Part shown: piece after piece, positions 16,695 through 25,290 of the stretch | Layout of the letters: each line of letters opens with the position of its first letter | Numbering within the stretch: the first letter of the stretch is position 1 | IMG/VR virus record: IMGVR_UViG_3300028587_000013 | Coordinates: 1-41,278 of that record | DNA length: 41,278 nucleotides | Direction: 5' to 3' (one strand) | Source of the DNA: a virus | Lineage: Duplodnaviria > Caudoviricetes | Notes under the pieces: generated by a model | Seen by the model: the letters and a program-made list of their open reading frames with translations, nothing else | Databases searched by the model: none | Told to the model about the DNA's origin: nothing | Made by a program: the position numbers and the translations under genes

Positions 16695-17614
16695 TTCGCA
16701 CCCCGCTTCGCTGCCTTCGCCTTCGCCTCTTCGACCTTCGCCTCGAGGTTGTCGGGGGTTACCGTCGCCAGGTTGGCCATCGTCTCCGTCTGAGCGCGAG
16801 CCTCATCCGCCGCCGCTTCCGTGCCGCCGTCCCCCGCTGCAGCGACCCACGCCTGATCCTCGGCATCGCCCGCCACAGGCACCTGTGCGGCCGTCTCACC
16901 GCCGTTCCCCGCCGCCGGGCTACCTCCACCCCTCTCGGCGCTCTCCGGGCCGCTGGCGGGCTCCTCGGCTTCGGCGTCCTGCCGCTTCCGCTTCACGAGC
17001 GCCGCCGTCGTCGCCATCAGATCGTCGTACTCGGCTGACAGCACCAGCCGCGGTTCGGCAGTCCGCCCGCCCGTCGCGTCGAAGACCAGGGCGGCGACCT
17101 CGCCAGGATCCAACCCCGACAGCGTGCACTTCTTCACGTACCCGTCCGCCTGCTCCCTCGTGATGCTCAGCTCATCGCGCTCGATCTGCGCCGCGGCCGC
17201 CTGGCCGTCGTCATCCTCGGCGGCGAGCCCAAGGTTGGCAGTCAACTGGTAGCGGCGCGCGTACGTGATCGCACTCCCGACCGTCTTCGGGTCCGAGCCG
17301 CCCGCCAACGTCAACGGCTCGAACGCGAACCACTGGCCGGACTCGTGCAGGATCGTCGTCGCCACCGACACCGTCTGCGGACCGCCGTGCGTGGCCTGCA
17401 TGACGACGAGGCCGTGGGTGGCGAGCTTCGGCTTCACCTCGTCCAACGCTTGAACGAGGTTGGCGTACTTGATCGTGTGGCTACCGCCGCCGGTCTTGTG
17501 CTCGATCTTCGCCGACTCGGTTTTCTTCAACCCTTCAAGCGTCGGCAGCACCTTGACCAGCGCCGCGGCGATCAGGTCGATGTCAGTGGATGACGTCCAC
17601 CCGGTGGTGTCCAT
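16691..17614 (-). CDS. erf: ERF family single-strand annealing recombinase
   Basis: KYA.L, T.ILHESGQW, GSAITYARRY, EDDDG. Confidence 0.92.
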   Translation of the reverse strand: MDTTGWTSSTDIDLIAAALVKVLPTLEGLKKTESAKIEHKTGGGSHTIKYANLVQALDEVKPKLATHGLVVMQATHGGPQTVSVATTILHESGQWFAFEPLTLAGGSDPKTVGSAITYARRYQLTANLGLAAEDDDGQAAAAQIERDELSITREQADGYVKKCTLSGLDPGEVAALVFDATGGRTAEPRLVLSAEYDDLMATTAALVKRKRQDAEAEEPASGPESAERGGGSPAAGNGGETAAQVPVAGDAEDQAWVAAAGDGGTEAAADEARAQTETMANLATVTPDNLEAKVEEAKAKAAKRGAK

Positions 17615-17665
17615 TGCGTCACTCCCCTCTCGGGCTGCACCGGGACCGTCCCGGCAGCAACCCCC

Positions 17666-17694
17666 AGTTTACCGCGCCTGCGCGGCGGTGGCAG
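17666..17694 (-). promoter_or_regulatory. putative promoter for erf
   Basis: CTGCCA-N17-TAAACT. Confidence 0.6.
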
Positions 17695-17699
17695 GGTTC

Positions 17700-18131
17700 C
17701 TACTCGCGCAGCGACGGATGATCACCATCACGCCGCCGGAACGTCTCCTTCTGCGGGCTGGTGATCAGGTCGCGCAGCTCCGGCGGGAGCTTCACCACGA
17801 CCGTCGCCGGACCGGCGATACCGTCGAGCAGGTCGAGCAGGTCGGTAGCAGCGAACGCCTCACCCGCCTCGGCCGGGACGACGATGTACTCGACGTCAGC
17901 CCGGACGAGCTGCGCCACCGTCGACGCGGCAGGCTTCTCCACGCCACGGCCCATCAACGTCGAGATGACGTACGCCTGGACGACCTGGCGGGGCGTCCAC
18001 CGTCGAGGCCGACCTGGCCCGTTGGCGACGTGGCCCACCCAATCGGCCAGGTAGTCGGCCTGCCGGTAGGTGAGCCCGGCAAGCCTGCACACTTCAATGG
18101 TCGAGTACCGGGGTGTGTCGATGTCGTTCAC
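17700..18131 (-). CDS. MerR-type HTH regulator
   Basis: YSTIEVCRLAGLTYRQADY...G.GRPRRWT. Confidence 0.8.
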   Translation of the reverse strand: MNDIDTPRYSTIEVCRLAGLTYRQADYLADWVGHVANGPGRPRRWTPRQVVQAYVISTLMGRGVEKPAASTVAQLVRADVEYIVVPAEAGEAFAATDLLDLLDGIAGPATVVVKLPPELRDLITSPQKETFRRRDGDHPSLRE

Positions 18132-18209
18132 TGGTCGGCTCCTTGCGTTCCGGGGTCTAGGGAACGATGAACCAATTATGGCTGAGCCGGCCGCCTGTGA
18201 CCTGGACCG

Positions 18210-18680
18210 TTAGCCCCTCGCTCTCTGGATGCAGGGCTGGCCCTCGCGGACCGTCGTGCGGTGCGGCTCCCAGGCGATGCCGAGCTGCTCGAGGTCGCCA
18301 GTACGCCAGTAGGAGACATTCGACGGGCCGAGCAAGACAGGCACGACATCGGCCGGATGGTGGATGCGGTCAGCGCCGGCCTCCACAACGGCGACGCCGA
18401 TAGCCCGGTTGTCCCACTCGTACTGGGCGCCGGTCAACCCGAACTGGAACACGCCGACACGCTCGATCGGCAGCCTGTAGCCACGCTTGCGGGGCCAGTA
18501 GGGCAGAGCCCGGTTCGATGCATCGCGGGCCGCAGCCCGGAGCTCGTCGGCGGCGGCGAGCAGATCCTCGGACAGCGTGATCAGATCGGCCGGGGTTTCG
18601 GCTACATGGTCGAGCGCGGCGAGCGCGAGCTTCGTGACCTGCGCTGCGACGGGACCTGGAGTGTGGGTAGAGCGGGGCAT
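18210..18680 (-). CDS. hypothetical protein, first early gene
   Basis: GAGAGGAA RBS; preceded by TAAACT -10 (18723-18728). Confidence 0.75.
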   Translation of the reverse strand: MPRSTHTPGPVAAQVTKLALAALDHVAETPADLITLSEDLLAAADELRAAARDASNRALPYWPRKRGYRLPIERVGVFQFGLTGAQYEWDNRAIGVAVVEAGADRIHHPADVVPVLLGPSNVSYWRTGDLEQLGIAWEPHRTTVREGQPCIQRARG

Positions 18681-18734
18681 CGGTTCCTCTCTCAGCGCCG
18701 GGACCGTCCCGGCTACCCCGCCAGTTTACGCAAT

Positions 18735-18877
18735 CAGAAAGACCCTCGGGGTGTTCCCACGACAGGGCCGGGCGGTTACTCCGGTGACTCGTGGGCCCGA
18801 GGGCCTTTCCTTGAGAGGAGGACTCCACCCTGCGATCCGTGTGACCGTTCGCCAGGAGTCAATGACGCGATGCGTCG
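18735..18877 (-). ncRNA. candidate structured sRNA/leader with exposed anti-RBS CUCCUCUC
   Basis: Upstream promoter; stems 18855-60/18821-26, 18796-808/18738-50, 18789-95/18756-62; ends in CUUUCU. Confidence 0.5.
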
Positions 18878-18883
18878 CGGGTA

Positions 18884-18913
18884 ACTATAGCCCGTCTCCC
18901 TCTATGCGGTGAA
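18884..18913 (-). promoter_or_regulatory. putative promoter
   Basis: TTCACC-N18-TATAGT. Confidence 0.6.
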
Positions 18914-19050
18914 ACGTTGCGCAGGTTGCCAGCCGAGTTGGGAAGGGTGACGCGTCCACGGCACAGATGTGGACGGCGGGGCTGGGCGGACGGTGTGAGA
19001 ACGGGTCGTTGCCCGTCGACATGCTCGGGTGTTCATGCGCGGCACCCTAA

Positions 19051-19398
19051 TCACGCGAGCTGCGCGGCGACGTGGATGATGTCCTTCCCCGGGCTCGGGA
19101 TCGTCCGCACCGTCCCATCTCCCCACGTCACCTGCGTCTCGAACGGGAAGTCGCCGGCCACTGCCATGTCGGCGGTGAGGAACAGGCGCGACACCGTCCC
19201 TGTCGTGTCGGCCAGCCAGGTGCACGCCAGCGGCGATCCGGGCATCCCGGGGACGTAGACCGCGACGGCGACCGCCGATGTCAGATCGACCGCGGTGACG
19301 GCTCCGGTCGCCGCGTCGCGCGACCAGAGCCGCCAGGTGCGCAACGCCCGATTGTCGCCTTGGGTGAGGAACAGGTCGGTCGGTCGGTTGGCGCTCAT
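19051..19398 (-). CDS. BppU N-terminal-like structural adaptor
   Basis: LTQGD...AVDLT....GTV....D...AG.F..E.QVTW.DG...T.P. Confidence 0.75.
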   Translation of the reverse strand: MSANRPTDLFLTQGDNRALRTWRLWSRDAATGAVTAVDLTSAVAVAVYVPGMPGSPLACTWLADTTGTVSRLFLTADMAVAGDFPFETQVTWGDGTVRTIPSPGKDIIHVAAQLA

Positions 19399-21110
19399 GG
19401 CGGGTCACTCCAGGATCGGCCGTCGATGACGGGGAGGGTATAGGCGACGCCATCAGCGACGGCGACCGTGTAGGAGCGGCCGTCGATCACAGCCTCTGAG
19501 CTGAGCGGGTAGTCGAGGATGGGCGGCGGGTGGACCTGGCCGTAGGCGTTGACCGCGGCGGCGACGACGAGCGCGTAGACGACAGCGGCAGTCGACTGCG
19601 CGACCCACGCAGCGTTGCTGGCGGTGGCGGTGATGAGCGCGGCGGTCGGGTTGGCGTTCGATGCCCGCACCACGGTCGGGTTCGTCGCGGTGGCGGTGAC
19701 GAGCGCTGCGGCGGCGTTGGCTGAGCCGCTGCTCTGCGCCTGGGCGGTCGGGTTGGCAGCGGTGACCGCGACGAGAGCGGCGGTGACGGGCGGGTTGGCG
19801 GTGAGCCTCGTCGCCGCGTTGGCGGCGGTGGCAGTGACGAGCGCGGCGGTCGGGTTGGCGTTCGACAGGCGGGTGAGCGTCGGGTTGGTCGCCGTCGCGG
19901 CGACGAGCCCGGCGGCGACGGTGGCGGTGCCCGCACCCGAGCCGGTCGGATTCGACGCGGAGACGACGACGAGCGCGACGACGACGTTGGCGGTGCCGGG
20001 GCTCGCCCCCGAGGCAGTCGGATTCGACGCGCTCGCGGTGGCCAGCGCGGTGGCGGGGGAGGCGTTGGAGAGAACCGTCTCGGCCGGGTTCGTCGCCGTG
20101 ACCGTGACCAGCGCGGCGGCGACGGTGGCGGTGCCCGCTCCTGACCCGACCGGGTTCGTCGCCGTCACCAGGACGAGGGCGTTGCCCGCGTTGGCTGAGC
20201 CGGGGCTCGCACCCTGAGCAGTCGGGTTGGTCGCCGTGGCGACGACGAGGGCGGTGCTCGAGCTGGCCGTCCCCGCGCCGGCCGCCGCCGGGTTCGTAGC
20301 AGTCGCGGTGACGAGGGCGGCGCCGGCCGACGCGTTTCCCGCGCCCTGGGCGGCCGGGTTGGTCGCGGTGACGGTGGCGAGCGCGTTGACCGTCGAGGCG
20401 GTGCCTGTCCCCTGGACTGCCGGGTTGGCAGCGGTCGCGGTGACGAGGGCGTTGACGGCTGACGCTGAGCCCGAGGCGGTTGTCGTCGGGTTCGTCGCTG
20501 TGGCGGTGACGAGCGCGGCGGCGACGGTGGCTGACGCTGACGATCCGCCTGACGCCGCCGGGTTCGTCGCGGTCACGGTCGCGAGCGCGTTGCCTGCCGA
20601 CGCGGTTCCTGTCCCCTGGCCGACCGGGTTGCTCGCGGTAGCCGTGACCAGCGCGGAGACGACGGTCGCTGTCCCGTCGCCGTGGCCGACAGGGTTGCTC
20701 GCAGTAGCGGTGACCAGCGCGGAGACGGCAGTGGCGTTGCCGGCGCCGCGAGCGACCGGGTTCGTCGCCGTCACGGTGACGAGGGCATTGACGGCCGAGG
20801 CGTTGCCGGTGCCGGTCGTGGTCGGGTTCGTCGCCGTCGCGGTGACTAGAGCGGAGACGACTGACGCGGTGCCCGTCCCCTTGCCAACCGGGTTCGTAGC
20901 GGTCGCCGTGACTAGAGCGGAGACGACTGACGCGGTGCCCGTCCCCCTGCCAACCGGGTTCGTAGCGGTGACCGTGACGACCGCAGAGACGACGGTCGCC
21001 GACGCATCCCCACCGGCCGGAGGAGTCGGGGCGGCGAGCGGGCCGACGACTCGCGAGAAGGGCCCGACGAGGATGGGCGGGTCGTGGCGGGGGACACCGT
21101 AGACGGCCAT
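19395..21110 (-). CDS. fibre-like protein with ~22 tandem 22-aa repeats
   Basis: Unit xxxG(T/A)G(T/N)A(S/T)xxxALVT(A/V)TA(T/S)NP. Confidence 0.8.
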   Translation of the reverse strand: MAVYGVPRHDPPILVGPFSRVVGPLAAPTPPAGGDASATVVSAVVTVTATNPVGRGTGTASVVSALVTATATNPVGKGTGTASVVSALVTATATNPTTTGTGNASAVNALVTVTATNPVARGAGNATAVSALVTATASNPVGHGDGTATVVSALVTATASNPVGQGTGTASAGNALATVTATNPAASGGSSASATVAAALVTATATNPTTTASGSASAVNALVTATAANPAVQGTGTASTVNALATVTATNPAAQGAGNASAGAALVTATATNPAAAGAGTASSSTALVVATATNPTAQGASPGSANAGNALVLVTATNPVGSGAGTATVAAALVTVTATNPAETVLSNASPATALATASASNPTASGASPGTANVVVALVVVSASNPTGSGAGTATVAAGLVAATATNPTLTRLSNANPTAALVTATAANAATRLTANPPVTAALVAVTAANPTAQAQSSGSANAAAALVTATATNPTVVRASNANPTAALITATASNAAWVAQSTAAVVYALVVAAAVNAYGQVHPPPILDYPLSSEAVIDGRSYTVAVADGVAYTLPVIDGRSWSDPP

Positions 21111-21859
21111 CAGGACGGCACCCTCGGCTGCAACGTCGGGTAGATCGGCGGCGGCGGCAATGCCGTCTCAGTGAAGATCAGGCTGCCAGCAATCCAATCC
21201 GACGAGGTGCCAGTCGGGTTGAACGCCTGCGTCGCGGTGGCCGTCACGATCTTCGATTGGAAGTAGGCACCCTGACCCGACGTCGTCGACCCGGTGTTCG
21301 CCCCGTAGACCGCCGACCAGGTGCCGTTCGTCGTGTCGGCATCCCCGGTGACTGCCTCGCCGTATTCGTGCCCCACCCAACACAGGACACCTTCGCCGTT
21401 CGTCACTGACGGCGTGGTGTGAGCGATCGTGGTGGCGGCGACGGCGTTGGCGCCAGTCCCCGAGTTGGCGCGGTAGCTGGTAACGAGCGCTGTCGCCACC
21501 TTCATGAACGCCACCGCCCGCACAACGACGGTGCCTGTCCACGACACGTTGACGACGGTGCCGGAGGGGATGGTGACGGTGACCGGAAACGCGACGCAGC
21601 GGGCAGCGAGACCAGAGCTGGCCGTGCCAGGGTCGTTCAACCCCGTCTGCGCGGACACGGACGCGCCGACCGCGCCGGTCGCCGGGGCGAGCGCGATCGT
21701 GCCAGACATCGGGTCGGCGCCCGAGCCGCCCGAGTTGTCATAGACGATGAGCGCGACGACGAAGTCTCCTGCGTTGAGCGCTGTCGCTGTCGTGACCGCC
21801 TGGGGGGACGCCCCGCTCGCTGCTACGGCGGTTCCCGCACCAGTGAACGAGACGGCCAT
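21110..21859 (-). CDS. putative virion structural/fibre protein
   Basis: Thr/Ala/Gly beta-rich; position. Confidence 0.65.
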   Translation of the reverse strand: MAVSFTGAGTAVAASGASPQAVTTATALNAGDFVVALIVYDNSGGSGADPMSGTIALAPATGAVGASVSAQTGLNDPGTASSGLAARCVAFPVTVTIPSGTVVNVSWTGTVVVRAVAFMKVATALVTSYRANSGTGANAVAATTIAHTTPSVTNGEGVLCWVGHEYGEAVTGDADTTNGTWSAVYGANTGSTTSGQGAYFQSKIVTATATQAFNPTGTSSDWIAGSLIFTETALPPPPIYPTLQPRVPS

Positions 21860-22303
21860 CTACTCTTGCCAGACCTGATAGACCTCGCACACTTGACCGG
21901 TGCCGATCGGGACGAGGCCGAGCGCGACGGTGGCCCCCAACGGGACTTGGATGCCGCCTGATGAGCCGCCGAACGTGAGGATCACCCCCGACCCGATCGC
22001 CGCGCCCAACACAGCCCGGTAGCCGGTCTTCGCGGTGATCGTGGCGTCAGCCGTCCACAACTGTTTGGCGAGAGCGATGGGGGTGGCAACCGAGTCGTTG
22101 TCGTGGCAGAACGCTGTCACCGTCGCCCCAGGCGTGCCGCCGGTGATGTAGACGAGCTCGTAGGTGCAGGCTACGGCGGTCGTGTTGAAGATGCCGATCT
22201 CGACGGTCCTCGCGGCCATCGCGGCCGTGTTCAGGACGCCGAAGATGGGGCGGACGGTGGTGCCGGCGCCTGCCGCTGTCATACCTGCCGAGTATCGGGC
22301 CAT
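21860..22303 (-). CDS. putative virion structural protein
   Basis: Start MARYSA after AAGGAG; beta-rich, ends VWQE. Confidence 0.65.
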   Translation of the reverse strand: MARYSAGMTAAGAGTTVRPIFGVLNTAAMAARTVEIGIFNTTAVACTYELVYITGGTPGATVTAFCHDNDSVATPIALAKQLWTADATITAKTGYRAVLGAAIGSGVILTFGGSSGGIQVPLGATVALGLVPIGTGQVCEVYQVWQE

Positions 22304-22313
22304 TGAGGTCTCC

Positions 22314-22994
22314 TTAGCCGGGTCGCATCCCGGAGCTGACGACGCCCCGCAGGACGGGTAGGACACCAGCGAACCCGGGGTTGGCAGCGGTCGCGGTGAC
22401 GAGCGCGTTGACGGAGTTCGCCGACGCCGACGTCCCACCAATCGAATCCTGCAAGACGATCGTGTCGATCGTCGCCTTGGTTGTCGGGTAGCCGGTGTCA
22501 TACAGATTGACTAGGCAGATCGGCCCGGCCACGAACGTCGTGGTGTTCGACGCATGGTTGACGCCGTCGAGGTAGACGATCGCCTCGTTGGTGGCGTTCT
22601 CGTAGGTGATCCGGACGCTGTTCGACCGTTGGGTGCGGCCTACGTTCGTGATGTTGTCGTGCGCCCCGGCGGTGAACTCCTGAACGTGGACGGCGTTGCC
22701 TAAGAAGAAGCCGAGGCCGGTAAAGCTGGAGTTGATGAGCAGGAACGACACACCACCCGCATCGGTGGTGAGGTGGCCTTCCATGTCGAAGGTGACCTGC
22801 CAGTCCTGGCCGCCGGTGATTGCCAGACCGTGTGCCTTCTGGGCGCCGTTCCCGTCAGAGGCCGACCGGTTGATCGTCCCGATGTTGGAGGCGACCTGGA
22901 TGATCGGGTTCGACCCGCCGAAGCTGGACAGGTCCGCCCATCCGTTGCCGAGATTGCCGTCCGCCTGGGTGAACGACTCGGTGAACGTTGCCAC
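22314..22994 (-). CDS. lectin/jelly-roll-like putative receptor-binding protein with one fibre repeat
   Basis: FTESFTQADG.LGNGW start; C-terminal SVNALVTATAANP. Confidence 0.6.
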   Translation of the reverse strand: MATFTESFTQADGNLGNGWADLSSFGGSNPIIQVASNIGTINRSASDGNGAQKAHGLAITGGQDWQVTFDMEGHLTTDAGGVSFLLINSSFTGLGFFLGNAVHVQEFTAGAHDNITNVGRTQRSNSVRITYENATNEAIVYLDGVNHASNTTTFVAGPICLVNLYDTGYPTTKATIDTIVLQDSIGGTSASANSVNALVTATAANPGFAGVLPVLRGVVSSGMRPG

Positions 22995-22997
22995 CGG

Positions 22998-23471
22998 TTA
23001 GCAGGCGAACTTGAAGATGCCGTTCGTCGGGTCCCACACGAGCGTGAGTGTGCCCGCCGAGACGTTGACGACCGAACCCCCATAGCTGTTGTAGCACCAC
23101 CCCTGTTTCGCCACGGGGGTAGCAATCGTGTCCGAGTAGATGAGGCACCCGTACACGCTCGCGGTCGCTGCTGCACCCGACGCCGTGTTCGCCGCGGAGA
23201 ACACGACATTGGCGCCGGTCTTCACGTTCGTCTTCGACGCGAGCGTGAGCCCACCCGCGGGGATATCGGTCGAGCTGGTGATCTCGTTGCCGGTCACCCA
23301 CTGGCCCGTGTTGTAGGCGAAGGTGGCTGCCGCGACCGTGTTGTCCGGCGTGCCGGCGTTTCCGTACTGGGCGGACTTGACGGTGTTCGCGTCCCAGTCC
23401 ATGAGCGTGACCTGACCGGGCTGGTCGGACGCCCACTGAGACGACACCTTAGAGGTTGCGCCGAAGGCCAT
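22998..23471 (-). CDS. putative phage fibre/tail-associated structural protein
   Basis: NEI...AGG.TL, FSAAN, LIY.DT, GTLTLVW...GIF pattern. Confidence 0.7.
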   Translation of the reverse strand: MAFGATSKVSSQWASDQPGQVTLMDWDANTVKSAQYGNAGTPDNTVAAATFAYNTGQWVTGNEITSSTDIPAGGLTLASKTNVKTGANVVFSAANTASGAAATASVYGCLIYSDTIATPVAKQGWCYNSYGGSVVNVSAGTLTLVWDPTNGIFKFAC

Positions 23472-23474
23472 GTG

Positions 23475-23879
23475 CTAGTTCCCCTTCACTTCGGCGCTGA
23501 CCGGTCGGGCCGGTCCGCCGTGTTCGGTGAGCCACCGCTGATACGAATGGTTCTGGTCTCCGGCCATCGCGTAGCGGATCATCTCGGCGCGCCGTGCGGG
23601 GCTCGAGGCGAGCAGCCCTTCGAGTTGGCCGCCGCATTCCCCTTCGGCCTGGGAACGCAACGCTGCGATGAACGTCTCCGCTTCGGCGATAGCCCCGTCG
23701 AGCGACGCGAGCGACGACGTGAACGTCACGCCTTGCGCTTCGCCTTTCGCTTCCAGCCGGTCGCGTGTGGCGCGCAGATCGTCGAGCTGTTCTTGGTAGC
23801 GGGACAGCTCGTCGGCGAGATGGTAAGGCCGTGCAGCAGCCCACTCCTCGGCGGCAGCCCAACCGGATGCGTCAGACAC
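23475..23879 (-). CDS. coiled-coil hypothetical protein
   Basis: Heptad-like helices; GAGGAG RBS. Confidence 0.65.
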   Translation of the reverse strand: MSDASGWAAAEEWAAARPYHLADELSRYQEQLDDLRATRDRLEAKGEAQGVTFTSSLASLDGAIAEAETFIAALRSQAEGECGGQLEGLLASSPARRAEMIRYAMAGDQNHSYQRWLTEHGGPARPVSAEVKGN

Positions 23880-24204
23880 GGTGCAGCTCCTCTAGTTCTT
23901 CGCGGGTGATCACCGCGGCGACCGGGTAGACGACGGCGTCCATGCCGTCGTCGCGGATGACGTTGACGTGGGAGACGGGACGGCCTTCGGCGTCGGTGCG
24001 GATCAGCGTCCCGCCGACGTAGTCGTCGGGGTCGCGGACGACGTGAACCGACTTCGTGCCGGCCGGGACCATCGGCACCATCAACAGCCGCTGCCCTTTG
24101 CAGGGGTGGAGGTGGGAGACATGCCCGGCGATGCGGGTCACGTCCGTGAAGTCACACGACGGACAGGTCCAATGCTGCTCCGGGACCAAGACCGGAATGG
24201 TCAT
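23872..24204 (-). CDS. hypothetical protein (CxxC..H.H.C)
   Basis: AGGAGG RBS. Confidence 0.7.
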   Translation of the reverse strand: MTIPVLVPEQHWTCPSCDFTDVTRIAGHVSHLHPCKGQRLLMVPMVPAGTKSVHVVRDPDDYVGGTLIRTDAEGRPVSHVNVIRDDGMDAVVYPVAAVITREELEELHRV

Positions 24205-24303
24205 CCGTGCCTCCTGCTAGCCGAGCGGGTTGTAGCTGGCACCGTGCAGGAGGACCAGTGCAGGTCAGGGTACCTGCTGGGGTGGCGGCGCCTGGCGATG
24301 CCG

Positions 24304-24462
24304 TCAGGGCAGCGTGGACGCGCCGAGAGCGCCGATGCCGCACCAGCCGAGAAGGAACATCCAGGCGGTGCCACCGTCGTACTCGGCGAAACCGACGATG
24401 CCAGCGACGACGGTGGCGATGATGCCGGCGATGAGCAGGACGAGCTTGAGGGTGGGGTTCAC
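24304..24462 (-). CDS. candidate holin, two TM helices (52 aa, not in ORF track)
   Basis: MNPTLKLVLLIAGIIATVVAGIVGF...WMFLLGWCGIGALGASTLP; AGGAG RBS; downstream of lysin. Confidence 0.6.
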   Translation of the reverse strand: MNPTLKLVLLIAGIIATVVAGIVGFAEYDGGTAWMFLLGWCGIGALGASTLP

Positions 24463-24471
24463 GGTGGGCTC

Positions 24472-24570
24472 CTAGTTGACGATGGTGATGATGGCGATGA
24501 TGGTGGCGATGATGACCCCGACGGCGCCGACCTCGACGATCAGGAACCAGGCTTGAACGTCAGTGATCAC
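24472..24570 (-). CDS. 32-aa single-TM peptide (not in ORF track)
   Basis: MITDVQAWFLIVEVGAVGVIIATIIAIITIVN; GGAGG RBS. Confidence 0.6.
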   Translation of the reverse strand: MITDVQAWFLIVEVGAVGVIIATIIAIITIVN

Positions 24571-24791
24571 GGGGGTCCTCCCGGGTTGGCCAGGCTGCCC
24601 TGGACGGTCACTTCAAAGTAGACGTCGTCGTCACCGTCGTCGTCCTCGGTGACCGACGTGATTTCGATGAGGTAGGTGCCCGGCTTGAAGTCGTGGCGGT
24701 CCAGCTCTTGAACGGCGAACGTCAACGCCTCATCCAACGTGTCGACGGCGTTGGTGACCGACAGGACGTGCTCCACCGTCGCGCGGGCCAC
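24567..24791 (-). CDS. hypothetical acidic protein
   Basis: ORF in lysis region. Confidence 0.6.
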   Translation of the reverse strand: MARATVEHVLSVTNAVDTLDEALTFAVQELDRHDFKPGTYLIEITSVTEDDDGDDDVYFEVTVQGSLANPGGPP

Positions 24792-24795
24792 CGGA

Positions 24796-25290
24796 TCAGC
24801 GGGTCATGGCGACGAGGATGGCGACGGCGATGCCGATGACAGCGACGATGGCGCCGATGATCGCGAACGTCAGGGTGCGGGCCCCTTCGGACGCGATGCG
24901 CCGACCAGCGCCTTCGGCCTGGTTCTTCATTACCCCGGCGATCTGCGCGGCGTTCCCGTCGACTTGGAGTTGCAACTGGGCGCGCATCGCTTCCATGCGC
25001 TGCTCCGTCTCGGTGCGGGTGATGAAGTTCGCGATCAAGTCCTGCTGTTGGGCGCGGAACTCGTTGACCGACTCGAAGCGTTTCTCCGACGCGGTCGCCA
25101 CCTTGGTGGCGGCCTCCTTCGCCGAGTTGAACGCCGCCTCGATCGCTTTCGACTGGGCCTCGAAGCGTTCCTGGTAGCGGCGGTCCCGCTCCTCGAGCAC
25201 GTCGTCGAAGCGGTGGGCGACCTCCTCGAAGCGGCGGGCTCGTTCATCCATCAGCTCGCGGAGATGGGCGAGGCCAGGGTCAGGCGTCAC
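24796..25290 (-). CDS. coiled-coil protein with C-terminal TM anchor (lysis-associated)
   Basis: ERDRRY...[10 protein letters not shown]; terminal hydrophobic helix. Confidence 0.75.
   Translation of the reverse strand: MTPDPGLAHLRELMDERARRFEEVAHRFDDVLEERDRRYQERFEAQSKAIEAAFNSAKEAATKVATASEKRFESVNEFRAQQQDLIANFITRTETEQRMEAMRAQLQLQVDGNAAQIAGVMKNQAEGAGRRIASEGARTLTFAIIGAIVAVIGIAVAILVAMTR

Noticed and set aside
18862-18912. Plus-strand 16-aa ORF with AGGAG
   Set aside because: The RBS-like sequence is explained by a stem arm of the minus-strand RNA; no other support
19395-22994. Diversity-generating retroelement in the fibre genes
   Set aside because: No reverse transcriptase and no adenine-specific template/variable repeat pair; the similarity is protein repeat
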